Position numbers and translations under genes: made by a program. A stretch of 57,479 bases of DNA, filler included, from Circinaria calcarea (lineage: Eukaryota): the NCBI GenBank assembly GCA_051942165.1. It is 7 parts of 7 records of this genome, joined end to end, with 100 filler letters (N's around TTAATTAATTAA, not from the genome) between each part and the next. Parts side by side here need not be neighbours in the genome. Positions count along the whole stretch, not along the records: positions 41,137 to 49,259 come from JAVECS010001172.1; positions 49,360 to 57,479 come from JAVECS010001173.1; 5 more parts are not named here. The stretch is one strand, 5' to 3'. Below the pieces are notes generated by a model. That model searched no databases and was not told the origin of the DNA. It saw only the letters and a list, made by a program, of their open reading frames with translations. Of this stretch, positions 48,797 to 57,479 are shown piece by piece (the stretch's first letter is position 1; each line of letters begins with the position of its first letter).

Positions 48797-49259
48797 GCCC
48801 CAGACAGTAGACAGCTCCCTCATCGACGGCTTTCGCGGTCGCGCACACTTTGCACCAAATCGTATCTGGATGGGTTTATGGTGCAGCGCTGCGTTTTAGA
48901 TAATCTCATTTCGAACTACCTACAAAAACCGGTTGTTACATATTTTCCATGTATCATAAGTGTAGCGAGCTTGCCGAGTAGGATTCACTCTCACCTCACA
49001 CTTCCCCGCAAACGCCACACCCATCGCCAGGGACAATCCCCATACTCAGTAGCAGGGGCACATGGTCGGCACGTGGCAGGCCAAAATACACTTGCGGCTT
49101 TGATCCACCGCTATACGACGGTTATCTTGCCTAGTGTAGCTGATCTGCACAGGGGGGGTTCTTTTTCGAAGTAAAAATGGAGGGGCATTTTGATTTTTTT
49201 TTGGGGGGGGGACGGGGATTCTTGGTGGCGTCTGGTGGCGTTTTGACTAAGAGTAGCTG

Positions 49260-49359
49260 NNNNNNNNNNNNNNNNNNNNNNNNNNNNNNNNNNNNNNNNN
49301 NNNTTAATTAATTAANNNNNNNNNNNNNNNNNNNNNNNNNNNNNNNNNNNNNNNNNNNN
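49260..49359. other. Artificial contig linker
   Basis: N44-TTAATTAATTAA-N44. Confidence 0.98.
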
Positions 49360-49977
49360 ATATCGACGAAGACGTAGAGGGTTTTAATCTTAGTAACGTC
49401 CACCGGGATAAGACAACTGTGCGCGTAGTGTACAAGTAGATCACAGCCTAGAGCTCGTGCGGTGTAATCATCTATGCAGCAAGCACCATATGTTACATCA
49501 CCCATAATAAGGGTTTCGGTGCCAGGGCAGAAGCGAGTAAGGATATCGGAGATGGTGGTGGCGAACAGGAGGAGGCCTTCTGGAAACTGGAGAGCAACCT
49601 TGTGGGAGGCGGAGGAACGAATACGATGAATGGTCTTGTGGATCTCAAAGGAATAGTTGGGCGGTAGGAGTGCGATAGCCTCGTTGATCTCCGAGTCGTT
49701 GAGGATTTCCGGGGGAACTTGATTGAGGGCACGAGCTGTTCGGCGGGGATGTGCGACTGTGAAATTCTATCAGCTCTACTCGGCGTACATCACTGAGAGG
49801 ATTTAGCTAACCTTGGATGGCTCCGCTATCCTCAATCGTTTCCTGAGACCCTCCTTGTTCCTTTGCTTTTCTCCGCCCGATGAAGCGTTTCTTAGGATGT
49901 CGCGGTACATCTTCCTTTACAGGAATTTCGGAATTAACTGCTTGACCAATATCGGCGGCTGCACGATCTTCCTCCAT
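49360..49977 (-). CDS. DPH1: Diphthamide biosynthesis protein 1, 5' part (3' end lost at the gap)
   Basis: [36 protein letters not shown] and [32 protein letters not shown]; one intron near 49760-49811. Confidence 0.95.
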
Positions 49978-50562
49978 AGCGTTTTAGTAAGGAGTCCTGG
50001 TCTGAAGCAGTGCTCATCTTGCATAGTTCAGCTTTTTGAAATAAAGCTCTCGGAATTATGCTAAAGTCCGAACAACACCCTCTAGGCTTTTCTTTGATTC
50101 CTTCCTCTTGGCCAAGCTACCCAAGACTATAATGGTTCACATTGCCATTTATTTTCAAGGTTCATCATAACAAGTCAAATATACATTATTATATTTAAGC
50201 TATATTCAAGCTATTATGATATACCGTATACACGGCTCGTATGGAACTTCGAGTTCGGCGTTTATGCATATATGCCACTCACGCCACTGGCACTCTGACA
50301 CTCGGGGTGATCATAAATGGCTGGCCCCGTTCAAAGATCCTCTGCACCCTGTCTCTGGAAACAAATACGGCCGTGTCAACCTTGGGGATGGCCACCTGTT
50401 CATACTCATATAGAACATGTGGATCACGGATAACAACCCTATCAACAGTCACCTCTAACGAATAAAAGGTGAACACCGAAAACAAGATGGTTGGGTGTAT
50501 GTTGCAATGCCGCATCTTTTGCGGGGTATGAAACTGCAAATTTCTGTAGTATTAATGTGCTA

Positions 50563-51874
50563 TTAAGCAGGTTGGCATTGTAGTCTGGTGCTTCTCCTCT
50601 GCAATAATTGCTGAAGACGCATGTCTCCTCTATGACTCCTCAGCGCGTCATCCTTCCAAATCTGGTAAGAGCCAAGCTGCTCTTGCTTCTCGGCCCAAGA
50701 AGCCCTCAGTCCATTAAACAAGGCTTCAAACTCTTTCTGCTCGCACGAGACCTTTATCTCCATTGAAGAAGCTAAATCTCTGCATCCTCCTACCCTCCCT
50801 CACAATCGCCCCCGTATCTTTCCGCCCCCGTTTCTCGAAGATCGTTGCAAACTCAATCTCTTCAGGGCCGAGCTGGCTGTTCCCGTCGTAGAAATTAGAG
50901 CATACAGGGGCTGCTAAAGGCTAGTGATTTAGGTTCTGTCGAGGCAAACTCCCAGTCGATTATACCGGTGATATTGTACTCGCTATCGATCATTATATGA
51001 TCGCCTTTGTCGTCGAAATGCTTTAAGGAACAACTATCATCAGTGTGGAGAGCAAGGACTTTGGGAACCATGTCCCAGCGACATCCGTGAGAAAGGTAGT
51101 TGTTTATTGGTAGAGATGACAGTTCACCGTCCGCTATTAGCGTCATTCGTTGTGAAATATGGTCCTCAGGCACAACTCCAATGTAGCAAACGGCCCAAGT
51201 GATATATTTGGGGATTCGAATAGTAGCTTTTGCGCAAACCCACCTATTTGCTTGGTAGCATGACTAGGGCATATTGACCCTGTTGCTAAAAGGGGATGCT
51301 TTCCTAACTCCAAGAAGACATCGGCAAGTTGTTCCAATATTCTTATTCTTTGGGCAGATGTTGCCAGGACCCACTGAAGGGGTGCACAACTTATCTTTTC
51401 CATGATGATGAATGACACACCGACTGGATTTTCGCTGGACTCAGCCTCAAAATAGAAGACTCGCGGAGCTGGTACTTTGGTCGTTTCCAGAAGTCGAAGA
51501 GTGAAAACTTCACTTAAGAAAACATAGGCCTGAGTCTGTTTTGGTGAGAGCAACGGATCGTCAAGGGGAATCCTGGCAAGCCAGACGACCCCGTCTTGGA
51601 ACTTGATTTCCACGTGGCAGTTCTGTACACCCATCAGACCTAAAACAGCCTCGAGGTCGAGCTCTCCTTTGGTATTAGGCATAAGCGCAGGTACAACGCA
51701 GGGAACTCCGGCGCGGATTTTGCTCGCCACAGACAAAAGTGCGGTAACATTGATCTGGCCGAGGTGCTTTAAAAGAAGGTTCTTTTTGGAAGAATTATAT
51801 GCAGCATAATATGCATCTGGATCGTCGTCCTGGCATAAAAAGGAACTGCCATAGCTCATCCACTTTCGTGGCAT
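50563..51874 (-). pseudogene. Aminoglycoside-phosphotransferase-like (APH/kinase fold) pseudogene
   Basis: MGVQNCH..FQDGVVWLARI, SEVFTLRLL..TKVPAPRVF, GVSFIIMEK, LKHFDDKGDHIMID and ITGIIDWEFA are spread over different frames. Frameshift near 51150-51170; stop plus apparent deletion after SSPCML at 50895. Confidence 0.8.
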
Positions 51875-54291
51875 GTATACCTGGGCTGGGTAGGTGTGGA
51901 ATGGAAAGGACAAGTGTTCGGTACAAAAATGGGAGGAACAAATCATGTAGCTTCAATTGTCCGCTCCACTGGCCGCGAACACGACTTATACCCACAATTT
52001 CGGAGAGGCATCAACAACTAAGACTCTAGAAACATAAAAGGTGGAAGACGAAGTCCAGACAAAGCCCTAGCCTGAGAACCCTTAAGAAGTTTGTTACCCT
52101 CAGAGGTTATTAGGAATGCCACCGATCAATATTGATCAATACCATCTCATTGTTACTCAATTCAGGCTAGCTTTAAGCTATTATCCCTTTAAACTGTTCG
52201 AACCGTCCCAGGACAGTACGCGTTGACCAAAGTTTTGTACTGTCCGGAACATTTCTACAAGGGTGGAGTGGGCACTAAGCCAGGGTTTCGAAAGCTTTAA
52301 ATATTTACTCCCAGTAGATGCGCCAGAAAGGAGGTGCATTACAGGGAGGGCGCTACATCTTCAACAGGCTGCAGGTATAACCGGAATGTATGTGTTGATA
52401 AATGAACGCATTGCGGAGCAGCCGTAGGTGAGAAATCGACAAACCCATGCGTACCTTGGCTAAGGTAAGTCTTACAAGGTATGAGTTGGTCAAAGAGGGC
52501 TAACATGCACTAACTATTCGGAGTGTTCTCGGTTCGGTCCGCTTGAGCAGGGATAAGGGGACTGGTTTCAAGTAAGTTTCTGCGCACAGGTACAGAGTAC
52601 GGACAGATCCGGCCAGAATACACCAGGCTGGTATTTTACTGCACGGACTATTTTTGTGTGTAAAACCAGGATCAGAGTCAGTATTATTGCTGTACGCAAT
52701 GACCGGCCCCTTTTGTATTAAAAAAATAGTGACATTGAACACTGATGGTATAGATTTAGGCAGTGTGGGATGCGGTAAGTGGAATCCAGTACGAAAAAAC
52801 AATTAATGCCGTTATAAAGTTGTAGAATCTTCTGGGAAGTTGTCACGATTCCCGAGCTATTTTGAGAGCTTTTAGTATTTAATTTTTTATGCACCGGGGG
52901 CCGCCCCCAGGCCCTATTTTCCTAACCAGTGGAACTCACCCGTTAGGCCAAAGGTAGGATGATCGGGAGGAAGGTAGGGCATTGAATCCAGTGCGACAAC
53001 AATGAGAAATCACGACGGCGAGTTCGAACGTAAAATCTTTTACTACAGCCACGATACTTTCCGAGGAGCCAGAGAGGGCACGCCCTGTTTGCTCCTAGAG
53101 TATCCATATTATCATCCGAAGAGACGGTATCTATCCTTAGGACAACCTTCCGATGGAGACATGAACGCCTATGCCCCGACACATCCGCTTAGACAATACT
53201 TCTAGGATACTCGTATACAATCCAATGCAGCCGTCTCATAGCCCCAATGGCAGAATAAACCAGGAAAAGGGGACTCACAGATATTCCTGCTGGCACGGCT
53301 GACGCCCCATCGAGGGATACTCCACCGCACCCCCCATGTAGATATCAAGTCCTTTCTTATCCGAGAATTTTATCCCCAAGCTTGGATTCCCAGCCGAAAG
53401 AAGCACGCTTCCGTCTTACCTAAAGCCAATTTCCCATACCTTAAACAACGAGAAACAGGGAGCAAGCTCCATCGACTAGCTTAGGGAACGGAAAAAGCAA
53501 AGAGTTTATACCCCACTCTCCCGGCCTTGGATAATGAATTCCCTACGACCATTAGCTTCCTAGTGCACTCATCAGGTATTACAAACAAACATTCAAACCG
53601 CCTAAGGTTTTTTAGGATTCTACGATGCAGTCATATTTAGCGTTCCTCTTGAGCAAGAGTTTCACCATATAGTATGCCCAGACGGAGTATCCCAACTCGA
53701 AACTCCGCGCTAGAGTTCGTGGGATGAGAGGTGTGGGCTAGACAGTGCTGCTCTTCGAGGCAGGCGATGCGTAGATGAGTAGAGGTATGTGTGGGATACT
53801 GTGTCAAACCCGGGAGTGCATAGATAAATAGACTTGTGGGATACTTTCTGATTCCGAAAAACTAACACGCGGTGCCCTTTTCATCTGGTAGAGAGAATGC
53901 AGACATGTGTGATGAAATCTGCCTACGTTGATGTGCCATAAGAGTAGAGAGGTGTAGATGCTGGATCCAGAAACAACCAGTGTATCCTGGTACTTGCCCG
54001 CGTATCCATGGCCAATACGCCTCGACAAAAAGAGCGTGCGTAAAAGCAATTCCATCGCCAACAGAAGATAGATAGGTCCCCAAGGTCCGCACACAAATAG
54101 ACTCTCCTCATTCACGAGATAAAATAGCCCACCCCTGACATATCCACTGCCGTACTGTCGTGCCAATCCGAACACGAAATATGCCCAGGCTGACAAGAGA
54201 TATCACATCCTTCCCATCGATCCAAAAGGAGCAATACTGATCTTCAACCCCATACTCTCTCGTGCTCCTCACGAACGACCTTGAAAACTCT

Positions 54292-54975
54292 TCACATAAG
54301 CTGACAAGCTGCCGGACCCGAAGTGGGTGTTCCCAACTTCACGCGCCCGCTCGCACCACCACTAAAGATACCGTTCCCAGTCCCAGTCGCGGTAGTGTAC
54401 GCATTGCGATAGGAGAAATCGAATGCATTACTGCATGAACGGGAAGATTTTTTCGTGCTGTACTTGGCTTGCTTTTTCCCGTTGTACTGATCGTTGTACC
54501 GATCGTAGTTGTTGAGCTTGGAAGCGGCCGGGAAGACATTGTGGTTGTTCACGAGAGTGAAAGTTGAGGCTGGGGATGGGTGCGCGGAAGTGAAGTTTAC
54601 GTGCTCGGTAACGGAACCACGGTCACTGTGGCCGTAATTGGTGTGTCCGTGTCCGCCCTTCAGATTGCCAGTGTCCTCCCCGTTGAATTTTGCGGACGCC
54701 GCCGCGAGTATTTTCGGGGACGCAGACGTGGATGTAAGATTTCCGTATGCGACGCCAGCGCCGCGGTAACCGTCACCGACATGTTTATATCCCATTTTCT
54801 CGTTGAAGTCTGTAAACGTAGCTGGTGTAGATAAGGCATGACGGCGGCTGGTACGAGATTCGACATTGCCGTTGTAGGTAGGCTCGGGGTAAGCTGGAAG
54901 CTGGTCGAAAAGGGTTGAAGAGGAGCTGGAGTTCATAGAGCGAACGGTGGAGGATGAGGATGCAGAGTAAGACAT
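54292..54975 (-). CDS. Hypothetical Ser/Gly/Asn/Tyr-rich protein (227 aa)
   Basis: ATG-initiated ORF with C-ending codon bias and a pyrimidine-rich 5' leader; no recognisable domain. Confidence 0.5.
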   Translation of the reverse strand: MSYSASSSSTVRSMNSSSSSTLFDQLPAYPEPTYNGNVESRTSRRHALSTPATFTDFNEKMGYKHVGDGYRGAGVAYGNLTSTSASPKILAAASAKFNGEDTGNLKGGHGHTNYGHSDRGSVTEHVNFTSAHPSPASTFTLVNNHNVFPAASKLNNYDRYNDQYNGKKQAKYSTKKSSRSCSNAFDFSYRNAYTTATGTGNGIFSGGASGRVKLGTPTSGPAACQLM

Positions 54976-56148
54976 GCTGAATATTGGTTGCGATATTGGT
55001 TATTGGTGATAGACACGGATGCCGATGGAGGAAATGCTATAAGGAAAGAGTGTTAGGAACGTTGATTGAGAACGCTCAAAATGTTAAGAATGATGGTGGT
55101 TGGTGATGCAAGTGTAAGCAGGTAAGAGTATGAAGACAAGAGGAACTGTTGTGGAGGGTTGAAAATGACAGGCGAGTTACAAATTATGGAGGATAGGAGG
55201 AGGAACGAGGTGCGGGGTAGGGTTTGGGGTACCTTGAATGGAATTAATGACCGTCGACCCGCAATACTCAATGATTGAAAGGGTGAGGAGTATGAGCAAA
55301 AAGGATAGCCAAGGGACGGTAGGCTAGCTTAAGGGAGGAGGTATTTCGAGCAAATCGAACCAAGAGAAGATACTCCAAAAGGACAGTAATGTAAACTGTC
55401 CTGTGAAAACGGCCGTAGACTGCCTACAGAGTAATAGGATAAACTAACGTGAGGTTGGAGAAAGTTAGGATGTGCAAGAGCTGTAAGGGCTTTTGAGGGC
55501 ATGAAATTTGGACATCGGATATGTCGCAAAACAACAGTTCAGTGCGGCAAATCTAGTATGACGAAGGCATCGTACTGGGTATACGCAAGCTAAAGAACGT
55601 AAGGTCTTTTCAACATAGCACGCATCTTCCCACGACTAATCGCGTATTGACAACCAAAAACGTATATCAATAGGGGTGTTCAATATCCAAGATTTAAGCG
55701 AGCCACAATTAGAGATTTGACGAACGGGGGACTCGCAAGGTCCATACAAAACAAATCGACAAACAAATAGCGGAACCAGGTTATATTAGACTAAGGAATT
55801 CTTATGAGATCTCGATCTATAAATTGAAAAGAACAAGACCGGCGCGTATAGAGACGGCATACGAGAAACCATAAAGGCTTTCAACGAGTCTAACTCAACG
55901 AACGTAGCCAGCAGATCTGTGCACAATCACAAGAGTGTAGTATACCTCATTTCTGATCCAGATGTCTCCGTCAAATTATGCATAGAACATGATCCAGCGT
56001 CGGCGATATGTTCTTATCCCGAGAGACCCTAGCATGCAGGCTATCTACCGCCCGAGAAACAGATACAGCAGCAGTGGGAACCTTCCTAGGATTCTCCAGT
56101 TAGGATTCAGAGCCCAACACCTATACCTAGAATATTCATCCTGACTTG

Positions 56149-56772
56149 CTACCTTGGAGTAACTATCAGTGGTGGCTGGAGCGGTCTCTGGAAAGGCCCC
56201 AGGTATTCATGAAATTCTGCTTGACAGTACCCCTCCCGTGACTGGTGATATTGAAAAAGGAGCTTGTCGACTGGTTGTTGGTACTGAGGTTGATCGTTTC
56301 TGATAGGCGACGCTGATTTTGCCACTGGCTGGAACCGGCTGCGAAGTGCCAGTATGGCTATTGATCCCGCGTGCAGGAGAAATGACCTTGACTGCCTATC
56401 CAGCAGTCGTGCTTCTGTTGCTTTGAGATGGGCTTTAAGTGTTTCAAGTTCCGTGCTTTGGGAAGACACCGCTTGCTTCCTAGATGTAGTCAGCCCCATT
56501 TCAGTCAGCTTATCAAACCGATGCGCGGAAACTATTGAGACGCTTTGCTGAAAGCTTGTCACGGCACCTTAGAGTTCCTACATACTTTTGCTCAACAACT
56601 CGGGCGAGTTTGTTCAAACGGTTGTCGATACCGAAAGCATTATCAAGGGTATCTGAGAAACATTGTGCCAAAGCCCTGCACGCATCAGTCTTGTATGATG
56701 TCGTAGCTCCGTTGGGCTGGCTCACGATTGATGCTTGCCATCCAATCGCAACTGCCCCTCCGTATCTGACAT
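56149..56772 (-). CDS. Small coiled-coil fungal hypothetical protein, 5' end apparently frameshifted
   Basis: FSDTLDNAFGID..LARVVEQK, then an intron (GTATGT..CTGAC..TAG), then KQAVSSQSTELETLKAHLKATEARL. Neither upstream ATG (56741, 56772) is in frame. Confidence 0.45.
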
Positions 56773-57259
56773 GGTTAAATACCCGTTAGGTTAAGCTCCC
56801 CTGGGAGTGTCAATATGATCAGACGAAGAGATTGGTTTGCATGTAACGGATGTATAAATTAGGGAGCTACTGCGTGTAATCAATCAACTTTGAATCTCCA
56901 ACCAGAACATAAACAAGTCGTCGACATGTTGATTGGCGGTAGTCCAGTCCGAAGGAAATTACCAGGAATGTAAACCGAAAAGGAGAGATTGTCGGCACGT
57001 CCACTGTGTTCAACCACACACGTATTTAGCGCGCTCTTACCGCGGCAACAGGAGGCCATTCAACCTCAACTTTATGGTAGGTCTGTTGTGTTAGACTTCT
57101 CAAAACATCACCATCTTCGGCTCTGCTTGCGTCGCAATAAGAGTATTGTCGAATTCACAACGATTCAAAGTGTATGACATCAATACTGCGACGGTGGCGC
57201 CTAATTTAACAACACCGGAGAGCGAGGGTCGTGACGTTAATGTTCACCAAGAATGGGAC

Positions 57260-57479
57260 ATGGCTGATGCCACACTCCATACGTCGCTGGAAATGTTTCT
57301 GTTCTTCCAGTCATTAAGAGTAATGGGTGTAGAGACTACGAATTTCTCAAAGATCTCCAACCTTCTGGGGGAAAATGAATTTATTCGGGAAAACAGAAAC
57401 TACCGACCTGATCGCTTGAGTGCAGACTCCTTGCAACAATTATACCTTAGGCTCTTAAAGGATGAAGTTCGAAGCCAAA
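57260..57479 (+). CDS. N-terminus of a probable fungal bromodomain-containing (BRD8/Bdc1-like) protein, truncated by the window end
   Basis: MADATLHTSLEMFLFFQSL..FSKISNLLGENEFIR..RLSADSLQQLYLRLLKDE resembles, from memory, the conserved N-terminus of this family. The bromodomain itself is not in the window. Confidence 0.55.
   Translation, partial: MADATLHTSLEMFLFFQSLRVMGVETTNFSKISNLLGENEFIRENRNYRPDRLSADSLQQLYLRLLKDEVRSQ

Noticed and set aside
8179..49315. TTAATTAATTAA recurring every ~8.2 kb as a possible biological periodic repeat or piggyBac TTAA site
   Set aside because: Always embedded in N runs of fixed length; it is a six-frame-stop assembly linker.
16462..49977. KTI12 and DPH1 (both linked to Kti11/Dph3 biology) in one window as a functional cluster
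   Set aside because: They are on different, unlinked contigs.

Overview
This is intron-rich fungal DNA, most likely a filamentous ascomycete (Pezizomycotina). It is not a continuous locus. Seven contigs of 8134, 8127, 8126, 8125, 8124, 8123 and 8120 bp are joined in decreasing size order by 100-bp artificial linkers (N44-TTAATTAATTAA-N44), so only within-contig neighbourhoods are meaningful. Conserved genes, several truncated at contig ends: NPY1, a HypA/questin-oxidase-like gene, SSL2/XPB, PTC1, an NDE-type NADH dehydrogenase, KTI12, a GH17 glucanase, RFT1, DBP3, a zeta-crystallin-type quinone reductase, DPH1 and a probable bromodomain-protein N-terminus. The accessory content is the more interesting part. 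(1) A head-to-head pair of an intact fungal AAA+ ATPase and a truncated NACHT/STAND-like protein with a degenerate P-loop (contig 3). (2) A TET/JBP-like 2OG-Fe(II) dioxygenase next to a 300-bp MITE-like element and a frameshifted secreted protein with possible permuted papain-like motifs (contig 4). (3) An intronless gene with a DUF3990-like ADP-ribosyltransferase-fold domain lying between two orphan gene fragments (contig 6). (4) A secreted protein with about 7 LysM repeats (contig 5). All family assignments come from by-eye motif recognition and manual splicing; no database searches were run.
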